DNA of 63,479 nt, filler included, from Reticulomyxa filosa (lineage: Eukaryota; Protista; Foraminifera): assembly GCA_000512085.1 (NCBI GenBank). It is 24 parts of 24 records of this genome, joined end to end, with 100 filler letters (N's around TTAATTAATTAA, not from the genome) between each part and the next. Parts side by side here need not be neighbours in the genome. Positions count along the whole stretch, not along the records: positions 23,043 to 28,236 come from ASPP01006337.1; positions 28,337 to 29,357 come from ASPP01015453.1; positions 29,458 to 30,853 come from ASPP01020733.1; positions 30,954 to 36,532 come from ASPP01027593.1; positions 36,633 to 38,707 come from ASPP01003142.1; 19 more parts are not named here. One strand, 5' to 3'. The notes under the pieces were generated by a model. It was not told where the DNA came from. It worked only from the letters and a program-made list of their open reading frames with translations, and ran no database searches. This document shows positions 25,513 to 36,678 of the stretch, one piece after another. The translations under genes were made by a program, and so were the position numbers. Within the stretch, counting starts at the first letter, position 1. The number at the start of each line of letters is the position of its first letter.

Positions 25513-26592
25513 ACAAAGGGGTGTTAAAATTGAAAAAAATAAAAAATATATATGTACATATATTTTTTTTTACTTTTGCTCGGCTTCTGCCAGCTCTTGA
25601 CGTATACGGTCAATGTGGGCCGGCCTACTATCGGTGGTCAGTTTCAATATTTTGGAATTGGCTTGCTCAATGACAGACTTTTCTTTGAGCTTTTCTTTGC
25701 GATGTTTCTTCAACTGCTCGATCTTGGTTAGGGAATTACTGTAGGTCGACTTCGGAACTGGCTTGCTTTGAAACTTAACTGGTGATGTACTCTCTTCCGG
25801 CATGCTCGCTACTCGCACTGTGGGCTCGCTCAGGTTAAACGGCTTTGGCTTGGTTAACCCCGTTGCCATGTCATATTTTTTTTTCCCATGTGTTATCTTT
25901 TCCAATAGTTGGTTTATTAGTTGCAATATCTGCAAGGTTCACACATGACATTTGAACCTTTTTATTTTTCAAAAAAAATTGATGTACAAGAAGTCTCAAG
26001 TTTTAATCTTACTGACATTTGGCTGGATGCTTTGCAACTTCTGAGTAATAGTGTTTTCCACGTATAAGTGATCGTAGACGGCTGATAGTTTATCTCTTAA
26101 CCAACAAGAATGAATGTGTTTTTCAAACAAAAATTTCAAGAGTAGCAGCATTTTCTCGGGATCATTTGCGTAAATGAATTTTTTCAAATTAGCAAAATCC
26201 AAAGAATCGCTCGCAAAAATACATAAGAAAAATATTATTGTGAACAAGGTTTTATCTGTTGCTTGCACTTGAATTCCGTGCTCACAATAAAACCCATCCA
26301 CAACTAGTTGCAGTGCTTCTTTATGCCTTTCCAGCCCATAGAATAACTCTTCCAAAAACAAACAAGCGTTTTCGTCCTTGGACAGCTGAAATTGTGTACT
26401 GTTTAGATCAGTTGCAATAAATTGCTCCAAATGTGTGGTTGGTGTCACTTGAGAGGGCTGATATGATGTTAGTAGTTTGCCTGCAAATACGAGTAACTCT
26501 TTAGCAGTAAAAGGTCCTCCGATTTGTGTTTCTGTTTTCTTAGGAAGAGAGCATTGGATTTTTTTATTTTGTCGTGTTTTACTCGCATTCAT
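23991..26592 (-). CDS. CFAP99: Cilia- and flagella-associated protein 99; multi-exon
   Basis: N-terminal domain (FLEELFYG..RHK...DPEKM..LLKFLF), TKPKPFNLS, VRLTTAAILREDAL, FDKWK and FDPT....LLTEMSLIELQTRL motifs typical of CFAP99; introns 26016-25930, 25573-~25465 and two more. Confidence 0.75.
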
Positions 26593-27889
26593 TACAAGTT
26601 TTTATGTCACACTTATTAAATGTAAGCTTCTTTTTTAGATTGTTAAATACTGAGTATCAAGCAGCTCTTTTATTTTGTTTTTTTAAAACTACATGGTTTG
26701 TTCTATGAAACCTATTTGAAGAGTTTTCTACTTTTAATTTTGCTTGTCTACTGTTTGTCAAGTAATTTTGCGAAATAAGTTTTGAACCTATCAAAATAAA
26801 AGACTAGCCATTTCTATGTTGAAATTGCCATTTTATTATTACCTAATTCTTGTTTATTTGTTTTAACAATTAAAAATCTAATAGGCAATGCAATTGCAAT
26901 AAATTTGTACAAAGAAAGATGAGTTAACCACCGATTTAATATTAATCAGAGATCACATTAAATGTGCGTAAATCATCAAACATTTTTCACCAATAATTTC
27001 AAATAGTTTGTATAATGCCTTTTCGAATTATTTTACCGTAAAGACATTTAATGCACAAGCCGTAAATTAATTTTTTTTAGATGATAATGTAACCTTGGAA
27101 CGCGAAACTTGTAAGTAGAAACCATTGTTACTAGTTTAAATGATAAATTCTCTTTGTAAAGTTTTAAAACTTTTTACTTTTACGCTTTGAATTTTCCGCT
27201 GCAGCATTAACATGATTCAGTACAATAGAAAGGATAATATTGGAGTAAAAAATATAGCTATCCACTTGCAAAAAATTTTTAGAGTGGAATTTTTTGTAAC
27301 TGAAAAAAAAAGGAATGTCCTATTTAGCCTTTGATGAACATGTAGAATGAAAGTAAATAAAGAATGAAATAATAATAACAACAAAAATAACTTTACACTC
27401 ATTTATTCATCAATGGAAATATCGACATAAAAAACAAAAAATACATTCACTAAAATAAATTCTTTCATACATTCATCATAACCTTGTGATCAGCAATGTT
27501 CCAAAACAATGCGCTTATTCTACTTTTGAATAAAAATGATTTATTCGAACAAGGACTGAAAGAAACATACACTGTTTAAGTGCTTCTCAATGATTTGCAA
27601 AGAATCTTACATTGTAGAAAAGTTGTTGACAAATATGTAAGATTTAACAGCTATTTTCAATCAAATATGAAAAATGAATTAAAATTATTCAAAATAAGTC
27701 ACACTATATTGCCCTTTATAACGAATATTTTATAATTTGAAGATTTTTGAATTGTAGAATTGTCGTTACTGATTATTGTGATGTTCAAATATTTTACAAA
27801 ATGTAATATTTATCTTTCATTTCAAAATGTTTCTTAGTTCAATTTTTCCTTTTATAAACAAAAGTTCAAGCATTTTTTAATCTTACATA

Positions 27890-28236
27890 ATCAAAGAACA
27901 TCTCAAGAAAAGTAAAAAAAGTTGCAGAATGAACTTAAACTTATCAAGCAAAGTTGAGTCCAACTTGTCTTTAAGTTTTTACTCTTTATTTTACTTATCG
28001 CTGTAATCTATAATTGAAACAGTCAAAAGAAGAAGATGTCCAAATAATTATTCATCATTGGATTCGAACATTAAACATTAAATTAGGATGGATCAAAGAT
28101 TTTGATAAACTCGTTGTCAATTATGTTAGCTAATTTGTTCTTTCTTTTTTTAAAATGCTAACCAAAATATTAAAATGTTTATTTTATATAGGTATATACT
28201 GTTTTCATGTTTGACACATTTCGTTCATCATCCAAA
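27890..28236 (+). CDS. Fragment of the lineage-expanded WD40 family (linker exon plus start of next exon); cut by contig end
   Basis: SKEEDVQIIIHHWIRTLNIKLGWIKDFDKLVVNY / intron / VYTVFMFDTFRSSS. Confidence 0.65.
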
Positions 28237-28477
28237 NNNNNNNNNNNNNNNNNNNNNNNNNNNNNNNNNNNNNNNNNNNNTTAATTAATTAANNNNNNNN
28301 NNNNNNNNNNNNNNNNNNNNNNNNNNNNNNNNNNNNAGAGAGAGAGAGACAGGGTATTTTTTATTTTGTCTTTTGCATTGTTTATTATTACTACGTGGTG
28401 TATTCGATATACTTATAAATATATACATAATTTATACATAACATATGTACATATATGTGCATGTTTGGTTTGTTAAG

Positions 28478-29183
28478 ACTTGAAGCCGACCAACGTGTTT
28501 GTGGACAGCAGAGGCGAAGTTCGCATAGGCGACTTTGGAGTTTTGTTTTGCCAAAAAAAAAAAAAAAAAAAAAAAGTTTGAATATCGAAACTAATGATAG
28601 CGACAAGCGAATATGCTTTGTGATTGTTGCTTATGTGAAGTTGGCAACGTTCAATCCCAGGGCGGTGCTGGAGTCCTCCCCGTCGACGACAGTAATGACG
28701 GCGAAGAGGACATCGTACAACTTGCTGCAGCACGAACAAACGACAGGGATTGGTACGTACTTGTACATCCCACCCGAACAACTGGGCGCGTTGAAGGCGA
28801 CGGCTCATGAAAACGTCAAAGAAAAGGACCACAATGCCAATGCCAATGCCAATGCCAATGCCAATGCCAATGACAGTGACAATGATAACGACGTTGACAA
28901 TGACAATGAAAAACAGCAATACTCGTCCAACACCTACGACTCCAAAGTCGACATGTACTCCTTGGGTATCATCTTCTTTGAGATGTGGCACCCATTTAGC
29001 ACCGCGCACGAACGTGTCGAAATCTTGCACAATGTCAAGGAAGGCCACTTCCCTCCAGGCTTCGAACAATGCCATCCGAGACAAGCGCAAATCATACGTT
29101 GGCTCTTGAAAGAGTCGCCCAAAGACAGACCAACTTCTATGGAGTTGCTTCACAGTGATTTATTGCCTCCAAAAATGGAACAT
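28478..29183 (+). CDS. GCN2: eIF2-alpha kinase GCN2, kinase C-lobe; exons 28478-28539 and 28641-29183
   Basis: DLKPTNVF, IGDFG/LAT, GIGTYLYIPPEQ, KVDMYSLGIIFFEMWHPFST..ER, RPTSMELLHSDLLPPKME. Confidence 0.85.
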
Positions 29184-29479
29184 GTTTTGTTTTGTTTTAT
29201 TTTCAATATCTTTGTTATATATATATGTACATATATGTATATACACATATATGTATATGTTCACATATATATATATATACATATATATATGTATACGTAT
29301 GTATGTGTACGTACATACAATAAATATACTCAAAAAAAAAAAAAAAAAAAAAAAAAANNNNNNNNNNNNNNNNNNNNNNNNNNNNNNNNNNNNNNNNNNN
29401 NTTAATTAATTAANNNNNNNNNNNNNNNNNNNNNNNNNNNNNNNNNNNNNNNNNNNNTGTATTTTTTTTTTTTTTCAAA

Positions 29480-30651
29480 ACATTGCCATCTTCTTTTAAT
29501 TGGATTGTGATGTTAGTTGCTATGGCAGTGGTGTCCATTTCAATATCGCTCGTGGTTTTCTGCTGTATTTGTGATACTTTGGCCAGTGCTTCCAGTTTGT
29601 TGATGGACTTCATTCTCTGCGTGCGACTTTTGACAGCTTTGACGTCATTTTCGACTGCTTGTCCAAACACCTCGTCGTTTGTTAAAAAGTGCTTTTTTTT
29701 TTGGATTGTTTTTGTGGAGAAGATGCTGGAGATGCTTCTTGCGATTGGCTAGCACTCTCATACATCTTCGACACTTTGTTCAGGTTCATAACCTTTTCCT
29801 AAAGACAAGTTTCGTTTCAGTTTAAACTTTGGAATACGTAAAGTGTCTTCTTTGTCGCTATCGTTTTCCCAAAACTCTTTGCGATCCTTTACTTTTTTCC
29901 GTGCTTGCAATTTCTGCAATGAGCTTTGTCGTGAAAGGTCGAGCGACGAGGTTGTGCTCTGATTGTCATCATCTTCATTACCATTGCCATCATTGTCATC
30001 GTCATCGTTGTCATCATTATCATTATCATTATCATTATCATTATCATTATCATTATCATTATCATTATCATCGTCATCACCATTATCATCATCATCATTG
30101 TTACCATTGACATTATCCTTATCTTCATCATTGGCGTGGTCATGATCAACATTACTGAGCATCACCTTCACTTCTGGCTCTTCTTCCGCTTCTTCGACAA
30201 CGTGGATTAATTCCACTCCTTCTTTTTCTTTTGTAATTGCTTCGTGAATGCTCAGCTCCAGATCCACGCTACGCTTAGGCGTCAATTGCGGTGCCTTTGC
30301 GGACAGCGGCGTGGTTGCGTCGGCTTTGCGACTGTTCAGATCCAACGAGGATCGCGGCTGCATGATATTGATAGGCGAGACTTTCACGGCCTTGCCTGTT
30401 GGCGACGACGAAGGCGACCCTCTTGGAGAGCTGACCGGCGTTCTCCGTTTCAACGCGGATTGGCGATCCAAGCGATGGCTGGTGTGGAAATCCTTCACTT
30501 GCATCGTCCGACGGATTTGGTCTTCTTCCACAAATATTCCCCGTTGCACCTCGGTCTCAAAGTACTTTTTGCCAAAGATTTCACCGTTGTGTTCGCCAAG
30601 CGACCCACCGAGCAATTCAATGCCATACCAAATCCCAGTGTCAAACTCAAC
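29480..30651 (-). CDS. CAP-Gly domain protein; internal exon with acidic DN tract and frameshifts
   Basis: VEFDTGIWYGIEL...GEHNGEIFGKKYF....RGIFV matches the CAP-Gly consensus (GKNDG variant). Confidence 0.8.
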
Positions 30652-31023
30652 CTTTTTTTTTTTTTTTTTTAAGTTAATGCAACCAATATAATTATATACA
30701 TATATATATATTTATATATATATATATATGTATATAATTATATTGATTTTATTCAATTGCCAAAAAACACAACAACAAAAAAAGAGTGGAAGGGATATGT
30801 ACATATAACGTATATACATATATATACATATATATACATATATATACATATATNNNNNNNNNNNNNNNNNNNNNNNNNNNNNNNNNNNNNNNNNNNNTTA
30901 ATTAATTAANNNNNNNNNNNNNNNNNNNNNNNNNNNNNNNNNNNNNNNNNNNNAAAAAAAAAGAAAATTTTGTTCTCATAATTAATACTAAAAACTACCA
31001 AAACAACTTATTTACTTGTGAAC

Positions 31024-32205
31024 ATGTGGCACGTCTCAGAAAGATCTATAGCGTTGCTCGCTGGTAGAGGATGCTTAGGACTAAGAATAGGAATGCTTGA
31101 AACTTCAAGAAGCTTTGGTGGTGGAATGATAAGAATGAATGTAATGAATGTGAAAAAAAAAAATGAGAAGGAGATATGGAAAATATCAAAAAAGGAAATA
31201 ACAATTGGAGAGAGAATAAAAGGACATATGGCAAAAAGAGAAATAGAAAAGAATAAAAAAGCATGGATGGAAGAAGTAAGAAATTATATAGAACATGAAA
31301 AATATGAATTAAAAGATTATTATAATCATGTAAAAAAGAAAGTAAAAGAATATGATGACGCAGGAATAATATTAAGAAATTATAGAAAAATATTGAAATA
31401 TTTTGATACAGATGGACAAAAAGAAATAGAATCACAAATAAATATACAAAGAAATACATTATCAATATTAAGTGCATTTCCAGAAGAAGTATTTAAAGAT
31501 TATAAAAAATATTTTAAAAATATGGGTTATATACAATTATCACAAACAATAGAAAGACATAGTAATGATATAAAAAGTGTTATTCAACAATATGAATCAT
31601 CTAAACGTACTTATGATATTTTAAAAAAAGATATTATTTCAAAAGGTAAAAATATACCATTATCTAATGCTGATTTTATTCGTTATAATATGATTATACC
31701 TAAATTTGTTTATAAACAACATTTTACCAATTCTTTTTTTAATTCTAATTGTAATCCAAATCAAATTAATGATGTTTTTAATTCTAATATTATTTCATCA
31801 AATAATATTATTTGGGATTCTCCTTATCGTCGAAGACAATTCTTTCGTAATATGCCTTCTTGGAATAAACGTGATTGGAGATTTTTTCAACCTTCTTTTC
31901 GTCTTGTTCCTCGTCAAATTGATCAAAATAATAATAGTAATGATGATATTGATACCGAAACTAATCTTAATCCCAATCCCAATTCCAATCATGTTTATCC
32001 TTCTCTTCCTTCCACTTCTACTTCTTGGTCTTTTTTTCAACATTATCCTGTTCGTCCCACTTCTTATAATCGTCCATCCTTTATTCCATCCTCTTCTTCC
32101 TCATCTTCTCATTCATTTACATCTCTTTTCCTTGATCATACTCCTAGAATGCGCACAAATTTTAATTCTTCTTCTTCTTCTTCTTCTTCCTCTTCCAAAA
32201 AGTAA
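31024..32205 (+). CDS. Intronless hypothetical protein with possible mitochondrial presequence and weak SRP54 M-domain-like region
   Basis: 393-codon ORF from ATG 31024; R/S/L-rich N-terminus; see findings. Confidence 0.55.
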   Translation: MWHVSERSIALLAGRGCLGLRIGMLETSRSFGGGMIRMNVMNVKKKNEKEIWKISKKEITIGERIKGHMAKREIEKNKKAWMEEVRNYIEHEKYELKDYYNHVKKKVKEYDDAGIILRNYRKILKYFDTDGQKEIESQINIQRNTLSILSAFPEEVFKDYKKYFKNMGYIQLSQTIERHSNDIKSVIQQYESSKRTYDILKKDIISKGKNIPLSNADFIRYNMIIPKFVYKQHFTNSFFNSNCNPNQINDVFNSNIISSNNIIWDSPYRRRQFFRNMPSWNKRDWRFFQPSFRLVPRQIDQNNNSNDDIDTETNLNPNPNSNHVYPSLPSTSTSWSFFQHYPVRPTSYNRPSFIPSSSSSSSHSFTSLFLDHTPRMRTNFNSSSSSSSSSSKK

Positions 32206-32414
32206 TTCTTTTTACTTTTTCTTTTAAATTCATTTTTTTTTTTTTTTGATTTATTTCAAATTTCATCCTTTGAATTTCATTTTTTGCAAATTTTTACAAT
32301 ATCTTCTGTTTTCTTTATCAAAAATCAACGTTTGCTTATGGTTTAAAACAGATAACCACAACTCGTTTGAACTTTTTAATCGAAAACATTGTACTTTTTT
32401 TTTTAAACTTAAAA

Positions 32415-34664
32415 ATGAATCAAACAGAAGAGACAACAATAGATATTTCAGCTCCATTTGTTACTTTATCTTCTTTACCTATTCCACTTGACCAATCTCA
32501 ATGTGTTATCTACAAACACGAAGTTCTCATTTGCGGAGGCTATCTTAAAGGAGATTGTTATTCCTATCATATAATTAAAGATCAATATAAATTCATTTGC
32601 TCATATCCGAGTGATGTGCATTTAAAAGGACACTGCGTAATAAAGCTTATAAATAACAACAATCCAGATGAAATCACATTATTATCTTTTGGTGGAGGAA
32701 AAAAACATACATTAATAATGAAATATAAAAGTGTTTGGGATGATGTAAATGAAATGAAAATAGAAAATAAATATAGAAATGAATGGATTGCCTTTACAGA
32801 TAATCACAATAATCAAATACAAATTGGTGGAGATGGAGAAAATTATTGGGGTGCACGTGCAATTATTGGTGGAAGCAACAATCATTTATTGTTCATTACA
32901 TCTCGTCCAAATGATATTGATGTGTATAATCTGAATACATTTGAATATATTAAATATGATACTTTACCAGCTAACAATGATATATATTATCACTGTTTCG
33001 TATCAAAAGCAAACTGTAAAAAAATATATGAAATGATATTATTTTGTATGAATACAGGATTATTTATTCAATATGATGAAGATAGCAACAGATTCCAATT
33101 TAGAGAATTGCGAGTTTTTTCAACAATATCATCTCTATGTGCATATTCATATATTTGTATTAACGATTTTATATTATTTTTTGGTGGAGATGGTGATGAG
33201 ATTCGCGCAACAAAGGAAGTGCATAAATATTCAATGAAAGAAAATAAATGGATGAAATTTGAACAAACTTTACCTATTGCATTTACTGAGGGTATTGTAA
33301 TATTGGATAATGATAACATGTTTATGCATATTATTGGTGGATCTGATGGAAACAAATTACTATCAACACATATAAAGACAAAAGTGATAGAATGGATGAA
33401 AGAAGAGACAGAAATAGAAAAACAATGGATTTTGGAGGAAACAGAAAAAATAGAACTTGAAAAGCTTAAAATCGAGATTAATGAAATGAAAGACGATTTA
33501 AAAAGCAAAAAGATAAAAGTTTACTTCATTTTATTTTTTTTTATTAATTTATTTTTATCAGAAAAAAAAATAAAAAAAAAAAAAAATAGAGACAAAGAGA
33601 AATTGAAATTATAGTAGAAAATTGGACCCGATTATTCTTCATAAAAATAGGGTGGATTAATGATTTCACCAAAATCATTACTCAATATATTCTGGTAATC
33701 TTATTGTGTTTTGCTTTTCTTCTTTTGAGAATATATATATATGACAATAGCAATATTAAAAAAAAAATAGTTGAAATATTTTAAACCAATAAAAGTAATC
33801 CACTCCGTATTTCCCAAACATCTAAACAGTATACAATTTTCGCCGGATAATACTAAGATTGTTTCATCTCTTAATGATAATACAATTCAAATATTAAATA
33901 CAAAATTAGAAACAGTGATACAATTACTGGAAGGACATTCTGATAATGTAAATGATGCGTTATTTTCACCAGATGGGAATATGATTGTGTCATGTTCTGA
34001 CGATAATACAGTACGATTATGGGATGTAAACACTGGAAAGCAATTGATGCTATTAAAAGGACATACAAATTATGTAACAAGTGCTCAATTTTCACCTAGT
34101 GGAAATATTATAATGTCATCTTCTTCTGATAAAACCATTCGATTATGGGATACAAAATCTGGTAAAGAAATAATAACACTTGAAGGACATATAGACGAGA
34201 TAATGAATGCACAATTTTCACCAAATGGTCGGATTATTGTATCAGCATCTAGTGATTGCACACTTGGAATATGGGATATAAAATCAGGTACAAGAGTGAA
34301 GGAATTAGAAGGACATGTGAAAGGTGTAGCGAATTCACATTTTTCTCCAGATTGTAAATTTATTGTATCCTGCTCACTTGACAAAACTCTTCGAATATGG
34401 GACGTAAATTCAGGAAAAATGCTTCAAAAGTTAACAGGGCATTCTAATGTAGTAACTGATGTAAAATTTTTTCCAGATGGTCAGACTATTGTATCATGTG
34501 CAATGGACAAAACAATTCGATTATGGGATGTAAAATTGAAAATAGAAATACAAAAATTAGAAGGACATCATGGTCATGTGACTGCAGTAGATATTTCATC
34601 AGATGGAAATACAATTATATCATCTTCGAAGGATGGAACTATTCGATTGTGGAGAAGACTGTGA
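32415..34664 (+). CDS. Kelch-like propeller + linker + WD40 repeat protein; exons 32415-33518, 33590-33694, 33771-34664
   Basis: GG-containing Kelch-like blades (VLICGG, LLSFGG, AIIGG, LFFGG, HIIGG), linker NWTRL...GWINDF, about 7 GH...FSPDG...WD repeats; both introns phase 0. Confidence 0.9.
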
Positions 34665-34881
34665 AAAATAAAAATAAAATTTTTTACATTTTTTTCTATA
34701 TTAAAATCAGCAATTACTCATTGATTTTAAGATAAAAAGTAATACATTACACTTGTATCCGTGAGATATTTCTCATTCTTCTTTTACTCCTTATAGAACA
34801 TTTCAAAATTGTTTAAAAAATATCTACAAATTAAATTGTTTTGATTAATGTTCTTTCATTTGATTTTACTTGGCCAATGTA

Positions 34882-35561
34882 CAGTTGTGGTCAAAAGAGT
34901 TGAGATGTTGTGAATTTTTATTCGTTTTTTAACTTAAATGTAAATATATTCAAATTTATATTAGTTATATCTTACATTTATGCGAAAGAAAGTTGATACG
35001 TTTACTAGTATATGTCAAATGTTCTACAGCCACTGGAATGAAGAAATAAATTGAAAATGATAGTTCTTTCAATCTTATATATCGTTGAAAATCAAAAATA
35101 AAAAAACAATATCTTAAGAAAATACATCGTCAAAAACGTAATTTAGTCGGTTTTTTTGTGCAAAATCGATAATACTCTAGATGCTGCATTGTATCAAACA
35201 ATTCTAGTGGATGAAAACATTAGAATTGTACAAAATGGAAAAACGTGATATCATTTTTCAACATGACAATAACTGCAAAAAATAATATTAATGTTCTTCA
35301 TTTGCCTTCACAGTAGCCAGATATGAATTCGATGGAATATTTTTAGAATGAATTAAAACGACGTATTAAAAATCATAAAAATTAACTGACATCAATCCAA
35401 AGCTTGTGTAATATTGTTCAAGATTAATGTGAAAAAATAACAGTAGCAGTATGCAGGAGAGTGTTTTAAAACGGAAGGAAAAAAAGGATGTTATACAAAA
35501 TTGTAGTTTTTTAAAGTAATTTCTTAGTAGTGTTTTTAGAAAAAGTGTATGACCGCAACTG
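34882..35561 (+). mobile_element. Internally deleted, decayed Tc1/mariner element (family A)
   Basis: Ends CAGTTGTGGTCA ... TGACCGCAACTG are inverted repeats, each flanked by TA; relic transposase IDNTLDAALYQTIL, FQHDNN, LPSQ*PDMNSME..ELKRRI. Confidence 0.85.
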
Positions 35562-35657
35562 TAGGAAGTAATCTCTCATATTTGGGTGAGCATAAACGCA
35601 TAAAACTCAAATATTATTTTTGAAATATCAAACATGAAATGTATTATTTCATCAATA

Positions 35658-36489
35658 CAGTAGTTTGCAAAAAAAACCGTAGTATTTGACTTTTATATCT
35701 TTATTGAAAAGAGCTAAAATAAAAATAATTTTATAGATACATAGAACAAATCATATACTATCTTTATATATGTTGTATTATTTATCTCTTGCATTTATTT
35801 GAAATGTTATACATTCAATTTTTTTAGCTGGCTTTTACAGTATGCATTTTTTTTTTATAACAAAATTTTTTATTACATATCTATCAAACTGTAAAGAAAA
35901 AATAATCTATTTAACAAACGTTTACACTTGTGATTAAAAGAAGCTTTTATGTGTAATTTACCACTTGACCTTTATCACAGCATGAATGCGCTTAGGTATT
36001 GAATCAATAAATCACATTTAATTGAGTACAATTGCTTGCTTAACTAATCAAAGAGCTACTCTTTGCTGGAAAATTATCCATTTTTGTAAGTACTGCACTC
36101 GGTAATCTACCAAAAGTTCTCAATTAGATGCATATCTTGTTTGTCACTTTTCGCATAGACTTTCCATCCAAAAGCATTTGCAAAGCTATTCTATTTGTAA
36201 ACTCATCAAAATGCTTCCCCACAATGCTTTTTACTTCTGTGTTTATTGTGCGTTAAATACTTTAATCAGTATAATTAATTTTAAACTTTTTTGTTTGGTA
36301 AGATAGTCTTTTTTTAACATTCAGTTTTTCAAACACCTGATGAAAAAGAATGATGCAGAACTTTTCAAATAAATGCAAGAGATAAGATAGTACAACATAA
36401 AGGAAAAATGGTATGTGATTTGTCCTATGTATCTACAAAATTATTTTTACTTTAGCTCTTTTCAATAAAGATATACAAATCAAATACTA
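35658..36489 (-). mobile_element. Internally deleted Tc1-like element with ~125-bp inverted repeats (family B)
   Basis: 35680-35805 is the reverse complement of 36363-36489 with scattered mismatches; left end TA|CAGTAG; inside, HTH-like GKHFDEF...LLDGKSMRKV and C-terminal IDSIPKRIHAVIK. Confidence 0.8.
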
Positions 36490-36678
36490 AAAAAACTGCA
36501 ATACCTGAATGGCACTATATGAAGAGAATCGANNNNNNNNNNNNNNNNNNNNNNNNNNNNNNNNNNNNNNNNNNNNTTAATTAATTAANNNNNNNNNNNN
36601 NNNNNNNNNNNNNNNNNNNNNNNNNNNNNNNNAATAATAATTAAAACATTTGTGCTTTGATTTGATTTGATTTGATAA

